From Amoebophrya sp. A120 (taxonomy: Eukaryota; Protista; Dinoflagellata), in contig CAJINV010000020.1 in assembly GCA_905178155.1 (NCBI GenBank), forward strand, positions 248,001-312,000: 64,000 nt of DNA, written 5' to 3'. The notes beneath the pieces are model-generated. The model saw only the letters and a list, made by a program, of their open reading frames with translations. It did not search any database and had not been told where the DNA came from. The position numbers and the translations under genes were made by a program. Positions 1 through 13,366 of this stretch are shown piece after piece. Numbering within the stretch: the stretch's first letter is position 1; every line of letters begins with the position of its first letter.

Positions 1-2420
1 CAAACGCCTTGCGCAACAGGTACTTCTCGCACCGGGGCTTTCCCGTCTCTTCGTCGCGGCACATCTTCTGCGCTGGGTCCATGGAAAACGCAAAGTCCAG
101 AAACCTGCGGTCCAAGAAGGGCACCCGCGCCTCCAGACTCCAGGCCATCGTGGCCTTGTTCGCGCGGAGACAATCGTACTTGGACAGCTGCGCCACCTTG
201 CGCAGCGTTTCCTCGTGAAATTCCTCACGGTTGGGCGCCTTGTGGAAGTAGAGGTACCCGCCAAAAATCTCGTCCGCGCCCTCACCGGAGAGCACCATTT
301 TGATGCCCGTGGCCCGGATTTTTCGGCTCATCAAGAACATCGGGGTGGAGGCCCGGATCGTGGTCACGTCAAAGGTTTCGATGTGGTAAATCACCTGTTG
401 TGTGGTGGGGAATGTGACCACGGGGATAATTCTTCTGTTTTTGCAAAATGTAAAGAGCGCACTACAAGAATAGGTGCTGCATTGACATTCACCTGCACGG
501 TTGGTTCTTCTGTGGAAGCGAATTTACGCAACTCGTCGTACCGAGTTTGCATATCTACGCAGTTTTACTCTACCCGCAACAAGCGGCACCTGTTCCGGAC
601 TTCCAAGCTCCTGCATTTTCACAAGACCTAGCACCACCTAGAGTAGCAAAGTACCTCTCGCAGCGCGTCGATTCCCTGCTGCAAGGTAAAAGTGTAGGCG
701 TGATGCACCGTTCCGAGAAAATCCGCTACTTGCTTTGCCGCCTTGTGGTCGGGACTGTTTTCGAGGCCGATGCAGAAGGAGTGCAATCGCGAAAGTCGCA
801 GCGGTGCCTCCGACCCGCTCTGTGCGCACTGATCGGCGCCCTGCGCGCGGATGGCCTTGGCCGTGATGGAAGCAACCAGGGAACTGTCCAATTTATGCAT
901 GGGAAATACGGGGCTCCGCTAGTCTGAAAAGAAGTAGATTTTTTGTACGTTCAGTTTAATTTCCACGCGAGGAAGGGAGCACATTGCGGTACTATTAGCG
1001 CGAAACAACGCTGCCTCACTGTTGGTACGCTCAGAGCGACTCCGCGACGTTGCGGACTACGCATAACCAGAGTAATTCCTAAAACCTGTGGTGCCTACGT
1101 GCGCATTCTAGAACACTGCATTGTGCGTATTCATCCGAGAGTTTCTGCATGACAAGCTAAATCCACCGTCTCCTTCTTCCAGACCCGCGGAACATGAACA
1201 TCGTATTTCCCGTGCATACAAGCCTCCCGACAGCAAAACTCCGTACGGCACGTCCGCCATTAGATGGGATTTCACGGAGTCCTCAAAGGCGTGCCGCAGC
1301 TCCGCTGGCGTGATGCGCTTCTGTGGCGGCGGCGGGTAGGCGCTGAGGACCTTGTGGTCCTGCAGAAACCAGGCGGTTTTGCTGTCGCCGACTAAATACG
1401 GCTCAAACTTCTGCGTTCGCGAGTCGTACACCATACCGGGCGGAAATTCGTGGAACTGCACGCACTCCTTGACCAGCACCTTCATCTCCGACGCCACCCA
1501 GAAACTGCCGTCCTTCCCCTGGCCGTAGTAGAGGGGGATAATCCCGATCGCGTCCCGGGCCACCACGAAAGCCCCCGTTCGCTCGTCCAGGATCACGCAC
1601 CCGAACATGCCGCACACCTGGTTCTTTTTCAAAAACTCCGCGCCGTCCCGCGCGTAGAGGTGGAGAAGGTGTTGTGGAATGGAAAATTTGTTTTGTTTCC
1701 TCCGACAACAAGAGTGAATCGATACAGAGCTGCCTACACAAGCATACTAGCGCTTGCGCGTTTTATACAAACTCTACTTGTTGCCTTGTCGTGGAAGTAC
1801 ATATACAAGTGGAACATCCTCGTCCTCCGATGAAATTACTCACCAAACACAAAAGGAATGGACCCTGCTGATGTTGTGGCACACTTACAAAAAAGCCTCC
1901 CAAACTGTGGTAGCTACTTCTAACCGTTCTTTCTTTTCCTCCAAGACCAAAAGTGATTCTCCCCTGTTGTGTGGAAAAAACGAATAATAATCCCAGTTGA
2001 TAAAATTTCGCAGTCCGAGCCGGTCCTGGGGCAGGCTTCCAGTTCCGTGTCGCTGGTCCCTTCCTCCTTCACGCTCCCGCTGCTTCGGCTGCCGCCGGCC
2101 GCGCCCGTGGCGCGCAGGCTCCGGCGCAGGCGGATCTCGTCTGCCGAGGCGTCGAAAAACTTCTCCTCCAGCTCCACGTGGTTGTAGATTTCGCCGTTGA
2201 CGCCGAGGACCAAAGAATCGTCCTTCCGCGTGTAGAGCGGCTGGTCGCCAGATTCCGGATCGACAATGGCTAGACGTTCGTGACAGATGATGTTTTTCGC
2301 GGACACGTGGATGCCGCTCCAGTCCGGGCCACGGTGCCGGATCATCTTTTGCAACTCGATCGCCCGCTTTCGGTACGCCGGGGCGTCCGGCAGACCCAGA
2401 ATCGCCAAAATGCCGCACAT
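1..2420 (-). CDS. ASNS: Glutamine-hydrolysing asparagine synthetase (3' end runs off the window); introns ~1669-2003, 890-1219, 395-654
   Basis: Ntn start [45 protein letters not shown]|[44 protein letters not shown] reconstructed across exons. Confidence 0.96.
890..1219 (-). mobile_element. Introner-type intron (GT-TT) in ASNS
   Basis: 17-bp TIR TATGCAYGGGAAATACG (894-910 / 1202-1218, 1 mismatch); flanks GCTTG/AATTG; removal restores SGGL-DSS. Confidence 0.88.
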
Positions 2421-3347
2421 TATAATTGCTGCCCTTGAACAACTGAATCCTTTGTGCAAGTACTTCTTTGCGGGTTGAAAACAAATTTCAAATTCAATTG
2501 TGGTTATCCGTCCCGTCTTCAGCTAGAACGAAACCAATGGCAATCAACCACAGGTGCGTACTTGTGATGTGGGAGCCAAAGGAAAGACTCTTGCAGCGTG
2601 CTAAACTCTGCGGGTGGAATAAACCTAGTACGGGGGACAACGGGACAAATCCTTCAGAGGGCAAAGATAGGTACAGATAGGTAAAAGAGGCGGCCAAAAT
2701 CGGCTTGAAAAAACACCGGGGCGAAGAAGAAATGTTTGTCTCACAGAATCTGAAACGGAAAGACGGCTTACTATCCAGTGCACCAGCGTCGCTTGTTGAT
2801 GAGCCATCGCTTCAAGAAAGTGCTGCTACTTTGCCATAGAGATAGGCGCTACGCTGCGATGAATACGTATATTCGCTGATCTTCTTGAAACCGATCATCT
2901 TCTTGCACAACTACAGCGATAGAAAGATCTTCCGTGTCGTCCATGAAGTCGGTTTTTTTCTGTTTTGGCATTTTCGGATTTTGTATGATCTGATTTGGAT
3001 CTTGGTTCGCACGCGAGTGTGTACCGACGCAGACAGGGGTGGAATCGAAGTCCTGACCATTACTCTATCGTTCTGTAGAAACTCACTACTATAATCAAAC
3101 CAACCTACTGGGAAAAAGAACAAACGAATAGGTGTGCTCGTAATTTGAGGCAACTTCGTTGGCCTCAAGATAGCGCACAATAAAATGAAATCTTGCCGCG
3201 CATACCGCTACATAGAATTTTAGAAACGTATGAATCCAGAATTTGCCGCGCGCGGAACCGGAATACTCGGACTCATAACACGATTATCTTGAAAGGCATC
3301 GGATCGGTACTTACTTGCAGCGAGATGGCCCAGACAGGCAGACACGC

Positions 3348-4430
3348 TTAACTCAGCCACGACAGTTGTACTTTGCTTTCCTTTTTATCATTTTCCTTTT
3401 TTTCTAAATCAGTCAGGTTTGCGTACTCACTTCCCAACTGGCGGGGAAGGATGTAAACTTCAAAGCCAGCCTGTTCCAATAATGGCTTCAGCGTCGGAGT
3501 GACATCGAACAGCCACTCCCAGAGGTTGCCGTCGTCGGGGGTCCTCCTCTGCACGTTAATAACCGCATCCCCGTAGACGACGTCGACGTGCGTATTCCCG
3601 AGACCGGCTTCCTCTTCGCATATTTTCGCGAAGGCGGCGCAAATTTGCCTGGCCTGCTTGGCATTCGAATCGGCGGACAGCTGACGCATTCTCGCCGCGC
3701 TGAGCTTCGGCGTCACTTGGGTGTCCACAGCTGCGTCGCCGACAAATTCCAGGATCTTTCGCTTCACCGGGTCAGTTATGGAACGGAAATCCTCAACAGG
3801 CCACATCAATACTCTCACGCGCGCTGCAGTTTCACATCACACTGCAAAGGACAAAAGCCCTGAAATGCTGGCTACTGATGCAAGAAACAGATAGTAAATG
3901 CCTCCTTTTTGTAGTGTTTCTTGGTACATTGACATCATTCAAACTTCGACTTCTATGAACCCGCCGAAGATTTCTCAGCGATATCATCGATGCCGCCATG
4001 GGCCGCCCACCCGGTATTCTTTGCGGCACACAGGTTCCACATCTGTTGCATGAGAATGTTGGCAATTTTTGAATCAAGTAGTTACACTGTCACTCCGGCG
4101 ACAGCACCGAACTAATTACGTGCGCAAACAACACAAAAGAGAATCGCTTACATTCAGGCACAGATTCACGATTTTTCGACGGCACACACGGGGCACCCGG
4201 TTAAATTCGATGTCCCGGATTTTTGTCTCCAGCTCTGCGAGAGTGCGGCCTGGCTTCAACAGCGGGAAGGGTGGAGGGGCGGCCGGTTCCACTGCTGCAG
4301 GCGCTTGCGCTGCTGCCGCACCTACCGCTGCCGCCGCGCCGTCATCTGCTGCTACGTCTGCTCCTCCTTCGTCGTTGGCGTTTGGATTAGCCACCGCTGC
4401 CTGTCCGCCACGGTTACGACGGGGAGGCAT
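3348..4430 (-). CDS. Unknown MPPRR-family protein, paralog 1 (~253 aa; exons 4430-4152, 4042-3985, 3772-3348)
   Basis: GT-AG intron 4043-4151 at the family-conserved site plus extra AT-TG intron 3773-3984; spliced length 762 nt in frame; aligns with four neighbours. Confidence 0.85.
3773..3984 (-). mobile_element. Degenerate introner unique to paralog 1
   Basis: Ends TATCGCTGAGAAATCTTC vs revcomp TATGGAACGGAAATCCTC; flanks GATGA/ACTGA; removal restores GGID-DPVK. Confidence 0.7.
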
Positions 4431-5098
4431 TCTGTTTTTGATCCAACTACGTAAGCCGAGATCCGACACAGGTTTCTGTCTCTTACTCTTTTTCTGTCCG
4501 AAATAATATTCTTTCGGTTTCGAGTACGTAGGCACTGATTTACCGGCCAGGAGGCATACAAGAATCTATATATATGCAGACTCGAAGTGAGTGTGAGAAG
4601 GAACACAATCTGAAAGTGAAGGAACTACTTTCGGTGGTTGCCACAAGTCAGAGACCGCTCAAATTCAACACACAGGTACAGCCTTGGACACGATGTATCC
4701 GCTAAACTTGACTGGCGATGGAAAGAAAGGGGATGAAGCATTAAACAAATCTGGATACGTGGCTGTAGTGCGGGTACATAGATCAAGTTCTTCGAGAACA
4801 AAATTGCTTGCGCAACCCGAGCGACAAAAAATCTGCTCGAAAACGCTAGACAGGAGACCGGCACGGACACAGTACGTGTGAGCGGTCAAGTGCTCATTTT
4901 GAAAGACGGAATTTGGAGCTCGCCAGTCAGGGCCAAGCACTGATGTTCGCAAACTGAAGATCAAGCGCGGCAGCCACGTGAATCACGCGAACGCTTGGTA
5001 AAGTCCAACAGAGGTTTCGTCTAAGCATTTCTAGCAGGAGCAGACAGTGGATTGACAGTGCGTAAATGGAACAGGAGAGAGTGTACGAAAACAATGGC

Positions 5099-6000
5099 TT
5101 ACTGTTTACTCGACCAGGATACTCCCAGTAGTCCTCTGCCTTTCCAGTTTTTGTCTTCTTCTTTCTCCGCGTCTGCTTTCACCGGCATCGGCTCCACGGT
5201 GAAGCCGGCCTTTTCAATCATGGACTTGAGATGCGGGTTGTAAGCGAGCAACCACACCCACCAGTTAGTTTCGTCTTTGGGGAAAGGGACCAATCCCTCT
5301 ACGACATCATCATAAGCTACCTCGGCATGAGGATTTCCGCAGCCCGCCCACTCCTCGACTTTTGGAAGCAGCTTTGCGATGATATCAGCAGCCTTGTTAC
5401 GATGGTATTTGTCCTGGATTTCCCTTATTCGCGCGGCGGAAAATCCCGGCGCGATTTGCCCCTCCATTGGCGCGTCTCCCACGAAGTCCAGAATCCTCGT
5501 CTTCACTTCCTCGGGGATCCCGCCTCGAGCCGCATACCCTGTGTTCTTTGCCGCGATCAAATCCCAAACCTAGTTTTTTATGTAGTTTCTATTTGCGAAG
5601 ATCTCCAAGGAAATACGGGCGCAACACTCACCTGGAAAAAGAGGCTGCTTGTTTTACGAAGTTTGAAGCTCTCAAGCATCCGGCCTCACGGTGCCACTTG
5701 TCGCTGAAAAAGAGCAACAGCAGCAAGTACGTTCAAGCCCAAGTTTGCCGCCTTCCGCCGACACAATTTTGGCACCCGTTCGTACTGGAGACTCGTCAAC
5801 TTTGCGTGCAATGCCTCCAAGGTCCGACCAGCTTCGAACAGCGGAAACGGGGGTGGGGGCCGCATGGGCTGCTGCTGCTGCTCCGCTGGATTTTGCGCAG
5901 CCACGTCCGGGTTCTCCGCCACTGCAACTTGGTCGCCATTTGGCGGCGGTGCCTCTGGCTGTGCTGCCGCGGCTCGGTTACGGTTGCGTCGCGGGGGCAT
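5099..6000 (-). CDS. Unknown MPPRR-family protein, paralog 2 (~246 aa; intron 5570-5730)
   Basis: Two ORFs joined in frame by a GT-AG intron at LN|VWDL. Confidence 0.88.
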
Positions 6001-6799
6001 AGTTTATTGGTTTCGCCTTTTCACAAAATGCGCGAAGACATAAGTAAGTAACTTCCAGTTCACAAAAATGTCATTGGATTTTGAGGTGCTAAAAAAAATT
6101 TCGTCTCTAGATGATCAAACAAATCACCAGCAAAAGGCTTCTGCACGGTACCTCCACACGAGTTCTCAAAAAAAAATCATGAACGAAAAGCCACGACACT
6201 TTGCTGTTTGCTCAGTCGAAGATCCTCCTTGTTTTATCTTCTCTCCGCGTTTTGCGTTGGGCGGAAAGTGCACTAATCAAAAACGAAAATCTGGAATCGA
6301 CGCTCGACTCAAAACCCCAGTAGAAGCTCCAAATTATTTTTTCACCACCACGGAAGACCGACAGCGGTGAGATTCATGTATCTTCGCGGATCTACGTCGA
6401 CAGAGCCGCGAACTGAACTCTCGTTCGTCGCTAAGAAACCCCATCCGCCACACTATAGAGAAGAACAATGAGAATAGAATGAGAGCCAGCCTTTTAGGAG
6501 GGGAAAAAGCAGCTACAACGGCCCTTTTCTGCTTTTCTTGCTATTCGGTCGGTGCTTTGTTCTTTGATACACGATTCGCACAGCAATACTGACAGGTTTT
6601 TGGAGTCGTGAACAGAATTATCTGAAACCAAGCAAACAAGTCTGTTGTACCCGTTCAAACTGATTCTACTCGACTCTTCAGCACCAAATCTCACTTACTT
6701 TTTCATCTTTCTTCTGCAACGATATAAGTAATCGAAGCAGCGCTGTTCGATAAACTTTTGAAGTTTAATTGGCCCACCACCGGCAGCACCAGAAACCAC

Positions 6800-9451
6800 T
6801 TACAACTCCGCGCTCTCTTTCTCCTCTTTTTCCTTCTTCGTTTCCGTCTTCGGGCCCTTCGGCTTCTTCTCCTAGGGTATGCAGCGAAAATAATACGACA
6901 CAGTCAGCACCAGATCGTGAGGAGGAGGAGGTCAAAGAAATACAGACGTGAAAATACCTCTACTGCACTTCTCCATGCGCATTTTTGTACTAAGTACCTG
7001 CAGCTGGTCTCGCTTGCGCGTAGTTGCACAACACAATCTTCAACTACGTATGGATCACGCGAATCAATATCATACAACTGCTTGTCGCGAACTGACAAAT
7101 TATCATGCGGAATTCATGCATGGAAAATACGCACGACCTAACACGTTGGCAGCAAAACACTGACAGGTCTCCGCACTCAGACGACTTTTTTCCTCTCTCT
7201 CCTGCGTGCCGAGGCTCTACAGTGACCGCATCATTTCTGGATAGTCTTCGGCTTCTTCGCTTTCTGCACCAGCTTGATCATCTTCAGGTCCGCCACGATT
7301 CCCTCCCGCATGCCCTTCTTCATGGTTTCCTGTGATTTGGCGGTCAACCGGGCCACCTCCGCGTCCACGGCCGCCAGGTCCTTGCTGCCCCACTTCTCCC
7401 ACGCCGACAGCTCGTCCTCGTCGCACCCTATCCACTGCAAACATGTCCTCGGTGTCTGGAATGTAGTTGTCATGCCAACATGTTGCGCACGGTCATGACC
7501 AGGCCAGCACGGCAAGACTAGGGAGCTACGCATGACAAGGTTATTTCTAACGGCTCCCTGATGCAGCCTTGTCCGCATGTCAAAAGAGTTCACATTTTCG
7601 CATCACAAACGGGGAGCGCTGATCGTGGTGCACAACATGCATCATACATTTTGGTTATTCTATGGTACCCCAATTGCATGTACGAAACTTCCAGACTTGT
7701 TCCAGACCCAGACATCATATCTTCCACGCATACAGCCCTCCTTGGCCGCGAAGTCGCACTTGACTACCCGTTTCTTTTTACCGTTGATCTTCAGAATCTC
7801 CATGCGGAAAACCAGCACGTCGCCGCCCTTGATCTTGGCCCCGCTTTATCCGTAGGAAAAACGTATCTACCCCGTTGTAGTCGAGATGTGAATAATGCTA
7901 GACAGATCCAGAAGCTTTGATGGGAGTAAGGCACGACAACTTTGGCTCCGTAGTGTTGTCGTTGGTGCAGCCGGAATCACAGATCGACTAATATCCCATC
8001 ATGATTAGTACAGCATGACGAACTATTCCATCCCGCCAAACACCACTAGACACTGACACAACTACAACTCCTCATGAGCAGGCTCCTGTACTGCATGAGA
8101 CACATTCTGTGGATGCAGATCTGCATGACAAATACGGGTAGACAAGTACGTTTTTACAGTTGCTACGCTGCCGCCGTCGCCGTAGCCCAATTCCGACGGG
8201 ATGTACATTTCCCACTTGTCTCCTTCCACTATCCCACAGAAAAAAGCAGGCAGGTTATATTTGAATTTGTAATGCAAAAATAAACACACAAAAAAATCTG
8301 TATTGCATATCCTAAGAAGCATGCTATGGGGCCGCCCATAACAGATTTTTCCGTGTAGTTATTTTTGCATTACAAATTATATGACCTGCCTGCTTTTTTC
8401 TGTGGGATATCCACCATGAGCTGCATAGCCTCGGTCCAGCCCTTAATCACCTGGTTCGGCGCGAAGGTGGTGGGCTCGCCGCGCTTGTTATGCATTGCAA
8501 AAGTACTATCGCACTCGTAGTGATCATCGCAATGATGCATGGCAAGTCTTTTGTCTTGAGGTGAAGCAGCATGACAAATTCCATTGGTCATCATGCTGAG
8601 GCAATTTGTAATGCAGTCACTACTAGTACGATAATTTTACCTTGCATACTTGTAGGAGGAGTCGAATTCCGCCCAGTCCGCCTCGTATCCTGAGTAAAAA
8701 CGTACCCACGCCAGAGTTGTAATGCAGATTTGCAAAGACAGGAAGACTTGTAATGCGCATCCCCATGAGAGCCATTTCCAATCGTGTTTTGAAATTTGTG
8801 ATGCTGTGAACAGGATGAGCAGATTAATCTGTGACGCGGCTGCACTTGCTAACCTGCACTACACTGCATAGTGCAACTTGTCATGCGTGACTCACAAAAC
8901 TCCTAGGTTTGTGTTGCAAAATCCTCATCCTGACTCTGGTGTGGGTACGTTTTTACTCAGGATACCTCGTCCTTGTCAATCATATCCGGGGTCAGCGCGG
9001 GCGTGGTGCCCGCGTAGTGGCACTCGCAGGGAGAGTATGCACTGCAAATTTACGTCTGGGTGTGGATTTGTACTAAAAATGCGCGTGGATCGATACGACA
9101 CGGATCTGCATTGCATGAAGAGGAGTTGTGAGCTTTTTCCTGCTCGTGCTGCAAGCCAATTATTTGTCATGTGATTTACGAATGAATCTGCGCTGGGTCC
9201 CCAGTACAAATAATTCATCGAATCTTTCCCGACCCAGACGATGACGAAATTGCAGTTGATATGGAGTCCTTAGTGGGCGCGTACTTCCCCTTGCCCTTTT
9301 TCAGCACCTTGTACTGCAGCCCGGACGGCAGCGTGACCACGCCTTCGCGCGCCTTGTTTTCCTCCAGGAACTTCAACCCTTCCTCGTTGGTTCCCGCCAA
9401 AACCGTAGTGGCCGCCGTGAGGGCGGACAGGTAGACGGAACGAGAGAACAT
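6800..9451 (-). CDS. Secreted/ER FKBP-type peptidyl-prolyl isomerase with C-terminal helical extension (~260 aa, 8 exons)
   Basis: Signal peptide; [82 protein letters not shown]; ends SAEL* (ER-retention-like); exon sum 783 nt. Confidence 0.9.
6874..7244 (-). mobile_element. Degenerate introner-type intron (FKBP intron 7)
   Basis: TAT...ATA ends, TSD lost; -1/+4 cut gives in-frame KPKKEKKPK; exact boundary uncertain. Confidence 0.5.
7425..7733 (-). mobile_element. Introner (GT-GT), FKBP intron 6
   Basis: TAT...ATA ends with internal TGTCTGG inverted blocks; TSD GGCTG/GGGTG; restores EGC-DEDE. Confidence 0.78.
7843..8166 (-). mobile_element. Introner (GT-GC), FKBP intron 5
   Basis: Degenerate TIR containing AAAAACGTA; TSD CAGCG/AAGCG; restores GGS-GAKIKGG. 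Confidence 0.75.
8226..8410 (-). mobile_element. Introner (AT-GG), FKBP intron 4
   Basis: Perfect 26-bp TIR TATCCCACAGAAAAAAGCAGGCAGGT; perfect 5-bp TSD GTGGA. Confidence 0.92.
8485..8649 (-). mobile_element. Introner (GT-AA), FKBP intron 3
   Basis: TATGCA ends; perfect TSD ACAAG; restores SSYK-RGEP. Confidence 0.82.
8682..8965 (-). mobile_element. Introner family A (GT-AG), FKBP intron 2
   Basis: ~32-bp TIR TATCCTGAGTAAAAACGTACCCAC..; perfect TSD CGAGG; homologous over its length to 26995-27273. Confidence 0.93.
9032..9262 (-). mobile_element. Introner (AT-CT), FKBP intron 1
   Basis: TIR TATCAACTGCAATTT / TATGCACTGCAAATT; flanks CTCCA/CTCTC; restores KDSPCECHY. Confidence 0.8.
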
Positions 9452-10176
9452 GATTTTGTTTTTTCGTTGGTTGGAGAAATGAGAAGCCAGGAGATAGTAT
9501 AGTAGCAATGATAACCGAGGCGCGAAAAATCGATCTGACTGGCCGTGAAGGTACTCTTATACTAACTACTCTTACTCGTAAGAGAGGACCGCAAAGTCCG
9601 AGCGTTCGTGGGTGAAGCGAGAAAAACAGTTTTCTTCTGCTCTGGTCGACCTGCAGGAGCTCGTGTGCGAGATAGTAAAAACTTGAACTTGATGATCATG
9701 ATTCCTCGGGCAGAGCGGAAAAAAGAGCTCGAACCAAAAAAAGGCAGCACCATCGGTTGATCGGTGGCATCGGCCAATGAGTTCCTTGTTTGATCATTGC
9801 AAGTAGTTGGAGTTCGTGCGCGCTGGACATTTTGTATGAATTGCATTATCAGGCAGAGAGATTATGTTGTTGGTCGGCATGAGGACAAGAGCATCGCGAT
9901 CATCATAGTTTTTTCCTTTGGACGAGAGAGAGATGGAATCTTTATCTTTTTTCGAAACATAACAGAATGAGTTCTAAACAACACCTCTGTCTTCGGGTAG
10001 ACTTCAGTCCCTTCTGCTACTTTTTATTTGTCCTTCGGGTTTCCTTGTCATCGACCAAAACAGAAGCGCTTTCGACATATCAATGTGGATTCGCGAACAA
10101 GACGGCGAAAAGAGAAACTGGATCGGATCGCTTCAGACTATTTTCGGAAGTGGAGTTCGCGGATGATAGGCACGGT

Positions 10177-11063
10177 TTAGCCCCACTCGACCCTCAGCAC
10201 TCCCTTCTCCTTCCATTGCTTGTCTTCCTCCTTCTCGGCGTCTGGCTTTGCGGGCACCGCGGTTGCAGTAAAGCCAGCCCGTTCAATGGCTTCTTTCACG
10301 GCTGGCACAATTTTCAACAGAGATTCCCAGTAGTTTGCGTCGGGCTTCTGCGACGGGATGCCGCAACTATTTTTCACCGCGTCTTCAAACTTAATGTTTA
10401 CGCCAACATTCCCCAGCTTCGTCGCCTTCTCGCAAAGCGGCAAGATGTTGTCGATGATTTTTGCTGCCATCTGGCGGTGCGTCGCAGCGGTCATCTCTTT
10501 CATGCGCCGCGCGGCGAAACCCGGGTTCGTCTGGCCCTCGAGTGGTGCGTCGCCGACGAAACTGAGAATGATTCGCTTGAGCGGGTCGTCTAAGCCGCCG
10601 TGCTCGGCGTAGCCCATATTCTTCGCGGCGCAAAGGTTCCACATCTTTCATATTTATTTCGTTGGGTCCAATTTTTCTCTGTCAAAACAAAGCAGCAGCA
10701 ATGTACTTGGTCCGTGCGACACCGTAGAGGTTTGTTTGTGGACACGACACGACAAAATCATAGATGAAAATCGACAACAATATCAAATACGTTGAGCCCG
10801 AGGTTCGCAAACTTTCGTCGCGCAACACGCGGCGCCCTCTCGTACTCGAGATCCAGCAGCTTGGCTTGCAAATCGTTCGCTGTCCGTCCGGGGACCTGCA
10901 GCGGAAACGGTGGAGGCGCAATTGCTGGCGGTGCTTGTTGGTTTACCGCTGGGACTTGCTCTCCTGGCGCCGGCTCGACCGGTGCCGCTGCAGCCGCCTG
11001 CGCTTGTGCCCCTGCCGCGGCCGCGGCGCCCTGTGCTCGGTTGCGATTGCGACGTGGTGGCAT
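10177..11063 (-). CDS. Unknown MPPRR-family protein, paralog 3 (~246 aa; intron 10645-10790)
   Basis: GT-AG intron at LN|MWNL; conserved blocks shared with other copies. Confidence 0.88.
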
Positions 11064-11566
11064 GATGATGATGACCAGCAGTACTTGTACTTTAATGGAT
11101 CATTCGACAACTACTTTTACTGCCTGTCTGAGCCTGAAGCCGAACAAAAAAAGCGCATTACTCCGAGAAAAGAAGTACTACATGTACATCTCCCGACTGC
11201 AGCAACAATTTTTTTTTACCGACAATACAAAAATGCCATGCTTTCTAGACTTGCTAGGATACTGTAATGAAACCTGTAACGATAAAGTCCTTGTATCGGA
11301 TCCTGTCTGAACACCGCGAGGCGGAAGTTATGCTTGTCGCTCCCTTGCTGGGCCTTTAATACGCTGCAATACGAAAATCGCCACTCCAGTAATAGCCGTA
11401 TACATTTGTCGTCAAACTCATCGCGGAAAACACGTCAGAAAATGCAACGAGAGACTGCAGTAGTACATCAGCTATCGGAATGAGCGACCAAATTGCGGCA
11501 TCTTTTCAAGGGGTTAACTAATGCTGGTTTTAGGTCTAGGTTGTAGCAGTCGCAGCTTCACAAACC

Positions 11567-12476
11567 TCAGCTCCACACCAACCACAGCACGCTATGCTCC
11601 TTCCACTGTTTCTTTGCTTCCGTGTCCTCGTCTGGCTTCACTGGCTGAATCTGCAGTGTAAACCCCGCTTCTTCGAGAGACTCCTTCAGAGACGGCAGGA
11701 AGGCAAACAGCCACTCCCACCAGTTCGATTCTGGACTGTCGAATGGATGGCAGTCCTCGTCTAGGTCGTCAAGAATCGCCTCACTATACTCTATCGAAAC
11801 GCGCGGATTTCCTTCTTCCGCAGCCTCGTTGCACATCGGCAGGATAATGTCTGCAATTTGTGCCGCCATCTTTTCCTTTTTCCGCTTTGCTATTTGCTTC
11901 ATGCGCTTCGCGTTCAGCAGCGGGTTGATACTTCCGGAAGAGGCCGCGTCGCCAATGAACTCAAGAATGTTCCGCTTAATCGGATCATCGAGCCCTCCAT
12001 GTTTCGCATATCCGGTGTTTTTGGCACAGCACAAATTCCAAACCTGAAAACGACGTTCCATGTAGATCTGATGCAGATCTCGTCTCCGTTTAAGATATAA
12101 ACAGCACCTATTTACATTCCCCACACATTCAGGAGGACAACAGTCTGAAAATTGTACTTAATTACACGGAAGTGAATACATTGACTCCCAAATTTGCGAA
12201 TTTGCGGCGCACCAATCGGGGCAGCCGATCGTATTCAATCTCCGCCAACTTTGTCTGCAGCCCGTTGGCAGTCCGTCCAGGCTGTAGGAGTGGAAACGGG
12301 GGCTCAACGACAGGCGCAGCGGCTGCAGGGGCTTGTGGTTCTGGTTGCTCCCCGTCCGCTAGACCGCCTGCCGGTTCGGCCACTACTTCGCCCACTGGCG
12401 GAGGGTCTTCGCGTTGGGCGGCGCCCCCAGCGCCAGCAACAGGTTGCGCCAAACCATCATTTCGTCGCGGCGGCAT
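11567..12476 (-). CDS. Unknown MPPRR-family protein, paralog 4 (~257 aa; intron 12044-12179)
   Basis: GT-AG intron at VN|VWNL; conserved blocks. Confidence 0.88.
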
Positions 12477-13366
12477 GATTTTCTATGGTATTCTGTTTCT
12501 TCTGAAGACTCTAAAGACGGAATGGGGACACGATCAATGCGCCATCTCGAGCGTCACATCGAAACACAGAACGGCCCTCCAGAAGATTAAAGAAGAAGCG
12601 CTACCTCCTAGCTACGCATCCGGCTTGAGTAAAGAATATGTTCAAGCTTTCCAATACCCACTTCTTGCGTTCAAAGTTTCGTGGGTCTTCTTGCTTTAGC
12701 TTTTATTTCACACTGATAATTAAAGTTCAACATTTTTTTAAAGGTCTCGCCTTTTGATAAATTCTCGGTATAATTGCCCCCTCTGAACTTCTTTTCGTGC
12801 GGCGCCGTGATCTTTCGACATTCTCCATTGCTCGACAGCTGCAATTTCGAATGCTTCTTGAACCACAGGTCTTTTCGAGAAAAGCTGCGCCTGTGTCAGA
12901 AACTCGTGCTGCAATTGCTGTTTCTTGTGTCTAGTCACATAGATCGGGTTAACGCGACTGCTGGCACACAAAAAGACTACAGCCGCAGATCATACTCTTT
13001 ACGAAACACTTGGTTGGAGCATCAAGATCAACAGTCCTTTCTTATCATAACGAAATCAAGATGCCGCCAAGCAAAGTAAAGATCGTGCTCATCTCCTCCA
13101 GCACAAAGGTCGTGAGCGTCTCAAACGGAATTCGGGATCATGACTGGCAGAGTTTAGTTGAGCAGTAATGATAAGTGGCACAAAACCAAGATCACAGGTT
13201 GCGAACAGCATCGACGTTGGTATCCTGCCGCGGGTGTCTCACATTGCGAATTTGTTTTTTCGTCAAAAAAATACAGGCTGAAACTTCGCGAACTGTGGCC
13301 GCTAGAGCGCCAGAGCTCCGATCATCGTTCTTCGTCAGACTTCCACTGATTTACCAACATCGGGAG

